Shown piece by piece: positions 11,519 to 22,968 of a DNA stretch of 42,369 nucleotides; position 1 is the first letter of the stretch, and the number at the start of each line of letters is the position of its first letter. Position numbers and translations under genes: made by a program. Source of the DNA: Lama guanicoe (taxonomy: Eukaryota); contig MU053758.1 of the NCBI GenBank assembly GCA_013239625.1, positions 3,473,854-3,516,222 on the forward strand. Direction: 5' to 3'. Below the pieces are notes generated by a model that was not told where the DNA came from, did not search any database, and was given only the letters and a program-made list of their open reading frames with translations.

Positions 11519-11769
11519 GGAATCCCATTCTGCCCTTTCCCACCCCCGCCCCGTTGACAATACTGACAGGCATATGCAGAACAGATAAACAAGATTATAC
11601 TGTATAGCACAGGGAAATATACACAAGATCTTGTGGTACCTCACAGTGAAAAAAATGTGATAATGAATATATGTATGTTCATGTATAACTGAAAAGTTGT
11701 GCTCTACACTGGAATTTGACACAACATTCTAAAACGACTATAACTCAATAAAAAAATGTTAAAAAAAAC
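11519..11769 (+). mobile_element. Short L1 3'-end insertion with poly(A), TSD and 5' inversion
   Basis: L1 3'UTR at 11553-11750, AATAAA and A tail; TSD AAACAGATG(G/A)CT at 11507-11518 and 11770-11781; 11519-11552 is the G-rich L1 3'UTR tract in reverse orientation. Confidence 0.8.
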
Positions 11770-12228
11770 AAACAGATGACTAGCCAGATGCCACCCAGAG
11801 TTCCTTCCACCTCTACCGTCCTGGGCTTTCTATGTATGCAGTGCTGATAGGCATCGGTTCAGTGAACCGACACTCAGACTGTGAAAATAAACAGTAGCCT
11901 GGATGTAGACTCCTTACTGGTCATTGTTGAATGACATGTCTCAGGTGTTTCTCAGGTGTTTCATGTTTGTGTCTGGACCTGGGGGCACCGGTGACTCTGT
12001 ATATGTGATGGAAGATATAGCTGTGCCCGCCTTCCTTACTCAGCTATTGTGCCCTATAAATGCCATTTACAGTGATAGTAAGGAAACCACCCAGACTTAG
12101 ATTATTTTAGTGAACCATTTAAGCAGATTATTCTGTATCTTGCTTTGACTATCTCAGTGGAAAAAGAGACAGAAATTACCAAAAGGAAATACCACAAAGA
12201 CCATGATTTCTATGCTGGGAGTGCTAAG

Positions 12229-12234
12229 TTTATT
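12229..12234 (-). terminator. Polyadenylation signal AATAAA of KRTAP2 copy B
   Basis: TTTATT ~235 bp past the stop. Confidence 0.7.
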
Positions 12235-12467
12235 AGAAAACCAACAACATGATATAGGAGTGAGCTGGGGTCTTGTGAAGACAGGGTATTCTTCATCAGT
12301 AATTAGTCTGAAAGGTGTTTTCCATGTCCCCTATGGGTAGTTTGAAGAGAGGAGGAATGGGCTTCTCAGGAAAAGACATGTTCTGCTGTGAAGCTATGGG
12401 ACAGTAGGATGGACCAGACCATATGCTGGGGGACCCTTAGTAATGATGCGATCCTAGGATGCACTGC

Positions 12468-12857
12468 TCAGCAGCTGGGGAAGGTCCTGCAGATGGTCTG
12501 GCAGGGGGCGGGCTGGCAGCAGGAGGGGCGGCAGCACGGGGACTGCACAGAGATGGGCTGGCTGCAGGTGGTCGCCCAGCAGCAGGGGCGGCAGACCACA
12601 GACTGGCAGGACGTGGAGCAGCAGGTGATGGGGCGACAGCAGCCCTCCTGCAGGCTGCACGGGTCACAGCACACTGGGCGGCGGCAGGGCTCGCAGATGG
12701 TGCGCGTGCAGCGGGGCACGCAGGTCACGGGGCGGCACACGGTGGTCTGGCAGGACACGGGGCGGCAGCAGCAGGGGTCGCGGCAGCAGCAGGGCTGGAA
12801 GCAGCCTCCCCCACAGCCCAGGGAGGTGGAGGTGGAGCCACAGCAGGAGCCGGTCAT
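12468..12857 (-). CDS. KRTAP2: Keratin-associated protein 2 family (KAP2), copy B, 129 aa
   Basis: Intact ORF; differs from copy A by R13L and two synonymous sites. Confidence 0.95.
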   Translation of the reverse strand: MTGSCCGSTSTSLGCGGGCFQPCCCRDPCCCRPVSCQTTVCRPVTCVPRCTRTICEPCRRPVCCDPCSLQEGCCRPITCCSTSCQSVVCRPCCWATTCSQPISVQSPCCRPSCCQPAPCQTICRTFPSC

Positions 12858-12940
12858 GGTGTCTGGGGCTGAGTTGGGTTGAGCTGGTGAGAGGACTTGA
12901 GTGTTCTCAAGTGTGAATGTCTTGCTCCTGCTCTGGGCCC

Positions 12941-12948
12941 TTTATATA
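12941..12948 (-). promoter_or_regulatory. TATA box (TATATAAA) of KRTAP2 copy B
   Basis: Same spacing from ATG as copy A. Confidence 0.85.
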
Positions 12949-13444
12949 CCTTGACCCCCGTGACACACGGTCATTTCCTTGTTTTTGTTTATTCTTTTTG
13001 TAATAGCCCTGGCAAGTTAATAAGTTCTCTAGACATTTTTTTTTTTTGGTGCTCAGATACTCATAAAAGACTATTTGTTGTCCTTATTTTATGAAGACTC
13101 ATTATATTTTGCTATTTATGGTTCAAATAGTAACTTAATGACCCTAACTTCAAAGTTTCCAATTACCTCTATAATTCAGCAATGCTTTTGCCACTTAATG
13201 TTTTGACAATGCAAAGTAGTTGTCATGCTCTTAAGGTTTCTTACTAATAGTGGAAGTGAATTCCCTGAGTTTGGGTGTCATTTTCCACTGCTAAACTTCT
13301 TGAGCAAAACAAGTTCAGAAAAATACTATAGAGAGATTTTAAAAGTCGTGATTTGCTGGTAAAAGAATTTTGCAGTCCACTTTTTGGAGCTACAGGAAAG
13401 CATCTCAGTAGAGCTCTGTCATCAGTAGGTCACCCCCTCCCCTG

Positions 13445-13650
13445 CTTTTTTGTGGTAGAATACACATAAAATTTGCTCTCTTAACTATTTTTGTGTGTTG
13501 AGTTCAGCAGTATCATGTACATTCATTTTGTTGTGCAACCATCATTGCCATTTGTCTCCAGAACTCTTTTCATCTTGCAAATCTGATATTCTGTACCCAT
13601 TAAACAGTAACTCCTCATGAAAGGCTCTCCCCAGCCCCTGGAAACCACCA
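13445..13650 (-). mobile_element. Old L1 (L1MB-like) 3' end, interrupted at ~13650
   Basis: ACATAAAATTTGC...TTGTGCAACCATCA...CTGTACCCATTAAACAGTAACTCC...CCCCAGCCCCTGGAAACCACCA; the expected continuation ACCATTCTATTCTCTGT appears at ~14618. Confidence 0.75.
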
Positions 13651-13674
13651 GTGTAAATTTTTTTTAAATCTCCC

Positions 13675-14480
13675 CTTCTTTTTTGAGGAAGACCTGTATC
13701 GCTATAAGCTTCCCTCTTAGCACTGCCTTTGCTGTGTCCCATAGGTTTTGAGTGGTTGTGCTTTCATTTTCATTTGTCTCAAGGTATTTTTTAATTTCAG
13801 CTTTGATTTCCTCATTGATCCATTGGTTTTTCAATAACATATTGTTTAATCTCCATGCTTTTCTTTTTTTCTCCTTTGTTTCTCTGTTGTTGATTTCCAG
13901 TTTCATGGCATTGTGGTCAGTGAAGATGCTTGAGATAATTTCTATCTTCTTAAAATTGTTGAGGTTTCTTTTGTGCCCAAGTACATGATCAATCCTAGAA
14001 AATGTTCCATGTGCACTTGAAAAGAATGTATATCCTATTTTTTGGGGTTGTAATACTCTGAAAATATCCACCAAATCTAGTTTTTCTATTGTAGTATTTA
14101 ATTTCTCTGTTGCCTTATTTATTTTCTGTCTGGAAGATCTGTCTAGTGATGTTAATGTGGTGTTAAAATCTCTAACTATGATTGTATTCCCATCAATATC
14201 CCCCTTTATCTCTGTTAGTAATTGTTTTATGTATTTAGGTGCTCCTATATTGGGTGCATATATATTAACGAGTGTAATATCCTCATCTTGTATCACTCCT
14301 TTAATCATTATAAAATGTCCTTCTTTATCTTTCTTTATGGCCTTTGTTTTAAAGTCTATTTTGTCTGAAATCAGTACTGCAACCCCTGCTTTTTTGGCTT
14401 TCCCATTTGCATGGAATATCCTTTTCCATCCTTTCACTCTCAATCTATATGTGTCCTTCTCCCTAAAGTGGGTCTCTTGT
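13675..14480 (-). mobile_element. Internal L1 ORF2 fragment (APE endonuclease domain plus downstream linker)
   Basis: Open frame 13664-14443 with NIYAPN, DFNT, SRIDH and TDHN motifs; closely similar to 41760-42369 in the opposite orientation; no 3'UTR. Confidence 0.95.
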
Positions 14481-14761
14481 TTATCCCCTCACTCCCACCC
14501 CCGCCCCATATCCTGTAAGTATTGGCTCCAGCACAACTAGGTGTATGACCCTAGGCAAGTCACTTATCTGATACCTAACGTGTAAAAATGTGAGTTTAAA
14601 CCCACTCACTGGTAAGGACCATTCTATTCTCTGTTACATGAGTTTGGCTTTTTTTTTTTTTTTGGTTTGTGATACAAAAAAGATACATGCTCATTAATTC
14701 CCACAGTCATATAGTTCCAAACCATGGTTAATTTTATTATTTATAATCTTCACGATAGCCA

Positions 14762-14932
14762 GAATCATTGAGTTCTGACTACATTCCAAGCATTATGCTA
14801 AAAGCAGTAAATGTATCAATTTATTCTCCATAAGAATCCTACGAGACAGGTCTTGCTGTAGTCCTCATCTTACACATAAGGCCGGATAAGTGATTTGCCT
14901 GAGGTCCAACACCTGCTAGTGTTTGAGCCAAT
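14762..14932 (-). mobile_element. MIR SINE remnant
   Basis: Reverse-orientation MIR pattern ending AAGTGATTTGCCTGAGGTCC...GAGCC. Confidence 0.6.
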
Positions 14933-15404
14933 ACTTTTTTCAGAAGCATCTGAGGGAACATTGTAAGCCCAAGGATCCGAAGAATGAAATTGTAGAAATC
15001 ACATTCCCTGTCAATAAGGAATGCCTGTTTTATTTAGGAGTTTTAACAATGAATTATTTTAAAAATAGTTGTTGTGTGAGAAATGGCTAGTTTCAAGAGT
15101 CATCTGACTCTTTGTCTTACAAGTATCCTCAGGAACTTGAGCAATTATCTCTCACAGAGCCTTCTCCAAATTCCAAAACATGCCCTAAGGAAAGAGCATC
15201 AAAGTCGGACATATCTGAGTGGTCCTGCGATCCTGTGAACAGAGCCATCATCTAAATGAAGGTTGCAATCTGCCAGCATGATGAAGCCCCCAGATAGTGG
15301 TCCCAGCCAAGGTGCCTCACCTTACCCCAGTGTCTCTTGCTCCAGTGTCTCCCCTTATTCCTGCTTATAGAACCAATTATGATTTTGGCGGGGGGGATTC
15401 AACA

Positions 15405-15605
15405 ATTTTTTTATTGGAGTATATAGTTGATTTAAAATGTTGGGTTACTTGCTGGTGTACAGCAAAGTGATTCAATTATACATACATACATTCTTTTTCA
15501 TATTCTTTTCCTTATAGGTCATTACAAGATACTGAATATAGTTCCCTGTACTATACAGTGGGACCTTGTTGTTTATTTTATATATAATAGCTCATACCTG
15601 CTGAT
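15405..15605 (-). mobile_element. 5'-truncated L1 3'UTR (cetartiodactyl type)
   Basis: TTTATTGGAGTATATAGTTGATTTA...GGTGTACAGCAAAGTGATTCA...GAATATAGTTCCCTGTACTATACAGT. Confidence 0.85.
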
Positions 15606-16287
15606 TTTCTGTTGTTTCAAGTTGTCAGGGTCTGTAGGAAAATCAGGTCACTCAGCCGTTTTGTTGCCTCTGTCTCTGGATGTGCTTGGTTCTGACTATT
15701 ACCATCAAGTCTGTTCTTGGTCTGTGATTGAAGACTGCAGTTGAAGCCTTCTATTTGATCATTCTGCTTGCATAGTCCCTTGCAAGCTTATCTAGAATCG
15801 CTCAGCCACTGTGGCTGACCAGGGCGTGGAGTTACTATGCAACAAACATGGTCCAGTAATATCGAAGAGCTGAGGATAAAACGAGGTATTCTACATCGGA
15901 GAAAATATTGTAAGATGAGCAAGCCTCTAGAAGGCTAAATTCTGACGGGAAAACAGACGTAGTGAGAGGATTCTTTTAAAATAATTTTTAAAAATTAAAA
16001 AAAAACAGTAATGAAGAATATGTAGAAAGAAATTGGACTTGTGAGCCTATCCATCAGTAGACTGTCAAACTCTTAATTAAGAGAAAAACTCTGTTCTGCA
16101 TAGACTGATCATTTAAAAGCTTTTTAATATAATGGGCTAGTTGTTGAGAAAACTTCACTATATTTCAAGACAAATACTTTTTTTTCACGAGATGACTTAT
16201 TGTTTTATTATACAAATGCATATGTCCAGCAAGAGGAGAGAGCTGGGGTGTGATGAAGTCTTTCTGTCTTCTGCCCCTTAGAACTTA

Positions 16288-16405
16288 GTCATTCAATCAT
16301 TCAACAAATAATTTCTGACTATATACTGTGTGTCAGATTTTGTGTAGGGCGTTGGGAATTCAGCAGTGAACAGAATCAATGAAGATCTGGGTCTTCACAA
16401 AGCTT
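16288..16405 (-). mobile_element. L2 3' end remnant
   Basis: CATTCAATCATTCAACAAATA...ACTGTGTGTCAG...CAGCAGTGAACAGA. Confidence 0.65.
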
Positions 16406-17152
16406 TCTTTGCTTGAATCCTCTAGCTGGGTACATAGATACTCCCAAGCAGACAAGAAGCACGTTCTAAACTCCCTTGGGGATCAGGTGCTGGGAAGTCA
16501 ATACTTATTTCTCAGGAAAACAATATTCAGACCAGGCTAAAATTATTTAACGACAAAAACATATCCATTGTGGATTAATGTTATCACAGTGTCAACTACA
16601 TTGGCATGGTTTTAATGGTAAAATTGTTTGGAGTTCAAAATCACAATGGTTCTAGCCAAGTGACATTTCTCCCTCCTTGGCTGGAGGGAGCCAGGAAAGG
16701 ATGGGATGGTGGTTCTTCCAGCACAGGCATTTCAGTGGTTAGGAATTCCAGGTACCAAATGGTATTAATCACTGCAGTTTTCTAAATCGGGGAACAAAGA
16801 GGGTTCTGCCTTAAGCTTCCTCCCCTTTATTATAGGTGTGTGGATGATTCATGAGTCAAGTTCAGGATCAGAGAGACTTGCTATAATCTCTCCATTTCCT
16901 AAGCATCACCATGAAAACTGTAGCTTGAAATATGAAGGTGCTTCACATAAGAGATTCTGAATTACTTGAATTGCTATTAAAATTATAGACCTTACACCGG
17001 AATTGTTCCTAAAGCTATTGTTTTTTAATGGCCCTTGGAAAATCCCACTTCCTTTGGTTCTTCTGATTCTGCTTATCGTAACTTAAGTTAAAAATCAGCT
17101 TTTGAAGATTAATAAACAATAAAGAGACATATTTGCTTCCCAGATATAAAAC

Positions 17153-17158
17153 TTTATT
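17153..17158 (-). terminator. Candidate polyadenylation signal AATAAA of KRTAP2 copy C (alternative at 17286-17291)
   Basis: Two TTTATT hexamers downstream of the stop; sequence alone cannot choose between them. Confidence 0.5.
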
Positions 17159-17525
17159 ATTTTACTGTGCAAAACCCTGGCATAAGTGTAATATTATCCT
17201 AGAAAAATATCCCATCTTGAAATAGTGCAGAAGGGATGATGAGTCAGTGGGATAGCACTCCATTCAAGAGGAACTTTGATTTTTGTTTATTCATTTTTTT
17301 CAAGCAAGGAATTCAAATGATGAAAGCTGGAATTTTTCTAAAGATTGTCAAAGAGGACCAGAATTAGCTGCATAATTATGTGGGAAAATGCATAGACAGT
17401 TACTTTTGAGTTCAGTTGTTGAAGGCAGGTAGATTGCAAAAGTGGTATCTCCCACTGGATCCATCGGGAGTGGGAAGAACTTGTACCTGTTTCTGAATAC
17501 CTTGGAGGATTTTGTTCTGCGCTGC

Positions 17526-17915
17526 TCAGCAGCTGGGGAAGGTCCTGCAGATGGTCTGGCAGGGGGCGGGCTGGCAGCAGGAGGGGCGGCAGCACGGGGA
17601 CTGCACAGAGATGGGCTGGCTGCAGGTGGTCGCCCAGCAGCAGGGGCGGCAGACCACAGACTGGCAGGACGTGGAGCAGCAGGTGATGGGGCGACAGCAG
17701 CCCTCCTGCAGGCTGCACGGGTCACAGCACACTGGGCGGCGGCAGGGCTCGCAGATGGTGCGCGTGCAGCGGGGCACGCAGGTCACGGGGCGGCACACGG
17801 TGGTCTGGCAGGACACGGGGCGGCAGCAGCAGGGGTCGCGGCAGCAGCAGGGCTGGAAGCAGCCTCCCCCACAGCCCAGGGAGGTGGAGGTGGAGCCACA
17901 GCAGGAGCCGGTCAT
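17526..17915 (-). CDS. KRTAP2: Keratin-associated protein 2 family (KAP2), copy C, 129 aa
   Basis: Intact ORF; protein identical to copy B and no nucleotide difference seen by eye. Confidence 0.95.
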   Translation of the reverse strand: MTGSCCGSTSTSLGCGGGCFQPCCCRDPCCCRPVSCQTTVCRPVTCVPRCTRTICEPCRRPVCCDPCSLQEGCCRPITCCSTSCQSVVCRPCCWATTCSQPISVQSPCCRPSCCQPAPCQTICRTFPSC

Positions 17916-17998
17916 GGTGTCTGGGGCTGAGTTGGGTTGAGCTGGTGAGAGGACTTGAGTGTTCTCAGGTGTGAATGTCTTGCTCCTGCTCTGGGCTA

Positions 17999-18004
17999 TT
18001 TATA
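17999..18004 (-). promoter_or_regulatory. TATA box (TATAAA) of KRTAP2 copy C
   Basis: Same position as copies A and B, variant context TGTATAAATAG. Confidence 0.8.
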
Positions 18005-19374
18005 CACCCTGGCCAGGTGCCGATGACCCGCACGACACACGGTCATTCCTTACTATTCTGGGCAATTAAGTGAAGATTTAGCTTTGACTAATAGTGATTT
18101 TGGTACCACCCCCCACCACCACATATAAATGGAAACACAACAGATATTTTCCATTTTCTTGTGTTGTTTATTTTCACCCAATCTAGACATTGGATTAGGG
18201 TCTAGAGAATTTTCCTTTGACATATTCCTAACTCATAGAAAAAGAATGTGTTTTGTAAGTTAGAGTAGTGTCTAATCACCCTGCACTTTGGCCCAGCTAG
18301 CGTTTTATTACTGGACTTCAAAGACTGGCATAATTGCCACCCAAACAGTGACTTGGTGTTTACATGAAGGTAACAGGCTGATAGCACTCTAGTGTAGCCC
18401 AGCAGTCACTTGCTTCCCAGATGTCTCCTTCCAGACTCACTGAAGGGCAGGTCTGTGGTTTTCCATGTGAGGAGGGGCCACATGGCACCCTGAATGGCCA
18501 CCACCCTGGTTTAGTCACCCCTCTCCAGGAGGGCCTGGGTGGTCCTGCCCTGGTTGTCAGTGTCTCCCTATTCCCCTGGAATGACCTCTTCACCTTCCAA
18601 ACAAAACTCTACTCCTACCTTGACTGTAAAACCCTCATCAAGGATCCATTGCTATTTTCATCTTTGTAATTTATTTGGGATTAGTCCTCGCATGTGAAGA
18701 TTCTGGGAAGGAACAGTAGAGGAGGGTTCATGTGGGTTCACCAAGGTCACACAGTGAGGTCCAGCTCTCTTTATCCCTCGGTAAGCAGCCTATACTATGA
18801 GTTTTATGTTTAGCAGACTCAGTAGACCATGGTCTTCAGATAGAAAGAAGACAGTCTCAAATCTTTTTCTTTCCCCAGTTTTATTGAGGTATGATTCACT
18901 ATATGAAGTCTTTAAGTAGCATCGCTAAAAGTGATACTGAAAGAGAATTGGGGAACGTCTTACTCCAACAACAGATAATCCAAAAGAGCCTTAGGGCTTG
19001 CATGCTGGGTCAGATCTGTGCACCAGCACGGAGGTTTCTCTCTGAAGAGTCACAGAGGTCAACTCATGGGAGCTGGGGTGGGGTGACTGCTTGTTTCCTG
19101 GATGTCAGTCTTAATGTGTAGTCTGGTTTCCCTTGGTAACACGTGGTACTGTCAGCTATGCACTTGTCTGATTCCTTTTATTGGTCATTTTATTTGTGCC
19201 TTTGCCCTATAACTTACCCTTTATGATGAGTTTCATAAATTTATTTCTTATGTATGAAGTAGATCTACGTTTTTCCTTTGGACTTGGAAAAAAAAAAGAC
19301 TGTCCAGTCAACTGCACACTAAATAAAAAAGAAGGGCCAAGAGCTTGCAAACCACCAATCAAATGCCTTTAAAA

Positions 19375-19452
19375 CGAAAAATTGTGCTGTACACTGGAAT
19401 TTGACACAACATTGTAAAATGACTATAATGCAATAAAAAAAAGAAAAAAAGA
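19375..19452 (+). mobile_element. Very short L1 3' terminus with poly(A)
   Basis: GAAAAATTGTGCTGTACACTGGAATTTGACACAACATTGTAAAATGACTATAA + AATAAA/A tail, near-identical to 11691-11755. Confidence 0.85.
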
Positions 19453-20067
19453 ATTTTTAAAAAAGTCATTTGTTCTAAAATTACTACCTAAAAGCTTCAA
19501 GGGGGAGATTTTTGTTGTTGTTGTTGTTGTTGTCATGGGGATATTAGTTTTATTATTTTCCAGTACCATGGGAGATATCACGAATGCAGATTATATCAAA
19601 TTCATTCACTGTATTCTTTATGCGAGATTTCCTCTTGGCTCCTTTTATGATATTAGTTGATTTTTACTGTACAGGCTAAATAATTCCCTGAGATAAATGC
19701 GACTAGAATTACATGGAATATTCTAGGCAAAATCATATTATAATTTGATATAAGGGTAATATTTTCTGAATTGTTCACAAATAGCCCTTTTATTTATGAC
19801 TAACATTCTGTGGACATTTTTGGCCTCAACAGTCCATTGAACCAATACATCACAGTTTTACAAGAAATCTTATTTTTCTTCCTAAGTAGGCTCTTATTGG
19901 AATCTCATACCCATTCTCCTCTAAGAACAGTTTAATGATAGTTCCCTGGATGTATTGTTGTGTTTGCTGATGCTGATACCAGGTCCCATTTTTCTTCCCA
20001 GTATGTGAGAATTTTCAGTTACCATTTACTGACTACTAGGGATGTTCCAAGGACTATAATAGATATC

Positions 20068-20225
20068 TGTACTTATCTTATTAATCATCATAACAATCAA
20101 CTGAGTTAGGTATCATTATCTCTACTTTATAGATGAAGAATCTGAAACTTAGAGAGGTTAACTAATTTGCCCAAGTTTACACAGCTCTTAAATAATAGAG
20201 TCTGGATTCAACCCAAGCATGTCCA
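20068..20225 (-). mobile_element. MIR SINE
   Basis: TTTATAGATGAAGAATCTGAAACTTAGAGAGGTTAACTAATTTGCCCAAG...GGATTCAACCCAAG is the MIR core. Confidence 0.85.
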
Positions 20226-20514
20226 ACCTTAATGCTGTGTTTTAACAAATATGCTTACAAAGTCCAGTGGGATTTTTATTCAATTTAAGATGAGTAAATT
20301 CACTTTGTACTATTTATAAGAGCTTAATTTTATCTGTAAACCTAGACATTGTTATCAGTCTGTTTCTTCTAGAAAGTTTATTGAAAAAAATCAACCCCTG
20401 CACAAATACTTGGACACTCTTCTATTTTTACTTTCTTTATAGAAAAGTATATGTTTTATTTTTTCATATTGATTAGTGTATTAAGCTAGTTTCTCATTGC
20501 TGCCGCAATTGAAT

Positions 20515-21066
20515 TAGTCAGCTATTGCTGCATAAAAAGTGACCGCAAACTTCCATAACAATAACAAGTGTTTATTTCTTGGTCACTTGCCTGCAGGTCA
20601 GTTGGGTTTGGCTGTTTAAGTCTGGCCTTGTCTTCTGGTTATGGGTTAGTTTTGGACTTCCTTCTAAATTAGAGTTGCCAGATTGACAAATACACATACA
20701 CATCCCTCAGTTAAATTTGAATTTCAAGTTAACAACAAATAAATTTTTAGTACAACTATACCTAAGTATGCATGGGGCATGCTTACATAAAAAATTATTT
20801 GTCATTTATCTGAGATTCCAGTTTAATGAAGTATGTTGTATTTTAGCTGGCAGCCCTACTTTTTGACAGCACAGCACAAAGGAACAATTCCAATCATGCA
20901 AACACATTTCAAGTCTTTGCTTGAGTCATGTCCTATAACATCCCATTGGCCAAAGCAAGTCATATGGTTGCAAACTGTGAAGTGGGAGAAGGGGAGATGA
21001 TACTTCTCTAGGAGGGGTAGGAGGGAGAAAGAGGAAATACTAGTGAATAATGATCTAATCTACCAG
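20515..21066. mobile_element. MaLR LTR (MLT1-like), interrupted by MER53
   Basis: TTAGTCAGCTATTGCTGCATAA...TTTATTTCT start and TAACATCCCATTGGCCAAAGCAAGTCATATGG...AATCTACCA end resemble old MLT1 LTRs. Confidence 0.65.
20670..20858. mobile_element. MER53-like palindromic hAT MITE
   Basis: TIRs TAGAGTTGCCAGAT / AGCTGGCAGCCCTA; internal CAGTTAAATTTGAATTTC...TTTATCTGAGATTCCAGTTTAA near-palindrome; 189 bp. Confidence 0.85.
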
Positions 21067-22489
21067 AGTGGCAAATCCATCATTTTGATACTCTTTGTTG
21101 TAAAACTTGGATAAAGACTTTTAGAAATTCCAGTTAGGTTACATCCGCTGAGTCTTCACTTAAGTGGGTAACTTTCGCTTCACTTACTCTTCTCTTCCTG
21201 GTCAATCAAGAAATGTCATTGATTAAACAGGGACTGCTTGATTTCTCTATAAGAAATTCATATTGCCTGCCGCATATTAGTTTATATTTGATTAGGGATT
21301 CAAACGAAAAAAAATCTCCGGGGACTATCACCGATTGTATGAAAAACAAATTCTCTATTCAGAACTGAAAGCTTATCATTTAAGTGAGTTTGGAATCCAA
21401 TTCTGGACTTCTCTGCAGAGTTGGAATCCCAAGCTGAGAATGTCGTTTGTCTCAGTCCAGAAAAACCCCTGGGACTCCCAGTAGTAGCAAACTCAAAACC
21501 ATCATGAGGGTGAACCAGTGGAGGTCCATTTCCTCATGTAATTTGTCATTATTAATCATGAGTTAATATTCTTCAGGAATTGTTTTTATCACAGGACCTT
21601 CATGTTCTTTGCATGTGGAAGTATCCTTGTGATTTTATTTTTGTTAACCAACTAGTTATTGCTCTCAGTTACATCTGAACAGTAGGGCTTCAACTCCTAT
21701 TAGTTTGGTATGATGACAAATATGACTTTGCTCCCCTCCTTCATCCATGAAACCACATGGTTCATCTTGTTGATGGTGAAAATGGCAGCTCCCAAAGCCT
21801 TGCAGAGATACTCCTTAGTGAAATCACTTTTTTGGCTCAGGAAGGGGATGGAGGGCACTGGAGAGTAATTATTCCATTCCATTAAAATATCAGATTTGGC
21901 AGCAGATGATTGGAGAATTTGTCCAATTTCAGCCCATCCTCCTAAATCAAAGAGATGTTCTGGGTCCTCTGTCTTTTGAGACCAAGCCAATCACGCTGAA
22001 GTCTTTTGCTCCAGAGTCTTTTTTAGTTTCTTCTGCAAAGTTTCACTAGTCTTAGTCTTTTGATTAATAAGAAGCAAAAAAGAGGGCACTTTCTGCCCCT
22101 CAACATTTTTACCTTTATTTTTTAGTTAAAAAACCTTTTCCCCCACCATATATAATCTCAGGTGTGTAGGGGTCATACATACAGTCTCTTTTGTTAATAA
22201 GTTCTTACTGTCCATGAGCAGCTGATGTTCACCTGGGGCCAGTCTGCAATCTGGAGGTTCTCATTTTCTTTATTTCTTGTCTCTTAAATAGAAAGAGCTG
22301 TCACTGTCTGCACCCCCACCTCTGCCAATAACTGTGGACAAAATTTGCTCATTGTCGTTCATAGAGGTGAGGATCCAGCTCACCTGTGTGCGTTAATGCT
22401 CTTACTTAGTATTCAGATAAGTGCAAGGCAGGAAGGAAGGGATCCTCAGGACTGACATTGGCTTAGCTGAGCTTCCTCACACTGGCCAG

Positions 22490-22968
22490 CAGTATGTTGT
22501 AGCTCTTTCCATCAAGAGGTAGATTCTGTTTCTCCACTCTTTGTGTCTGGTTTGGCCTTATGACTCGCTTTCACCAACAGAACATGGTGGAAATGGTGTT
22601 GTACAAGTTCTCAAATCTAAACCTCAAGAGGCCTTGAAGTGTCCCCTTTTCCCTCTTGGAACAGTTCTACTGTCATACAGAGAAACCAGTAGAGCCTGCC
22701 AGAGAATGAGAGGCCATGCAGAGAAGAACCAAGGTACCCCAGCTGACAAGCAACACCAGCTACCAGACATGTAAATGAGGCCATCTTGGACCAAATTTTA
22801 GCCTCAGTTGACCAAGGCCTGAGACCAAGGCAGTGGCTTTAGTGAGAACAGGAAAGATCATTAGATTGCCTGGTCAATGCCCAGAATTGTGAGAAACAAC
22901 TAGCTGTTATGTTTGAAACTATTAAGTTTTGCAGTGGTTCATTACTGCAACACTAGACAACTGAGACA
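22490..22968 (+). mobile_element. MaLR LTR (MLT1F/G-like)
   Basis: CCATCAAGAGGTAGATTCTGTTTCTCC...TGACTCGCTTTCACCAACAGAA...GAGGCCATCTTGGACC...AAGTTTTGCAGTGGTT...ACAACTGAGACA. Confidence 0.8.

Noticed and set aside
13664..14443. Domesticated stand-alone endonuclease gene
   Set aside because: It lacks the N-terminal ~40 residues and an ATG at the start, and GDFN is changed to RDFN; recent origin sufficiently explains the open frame.
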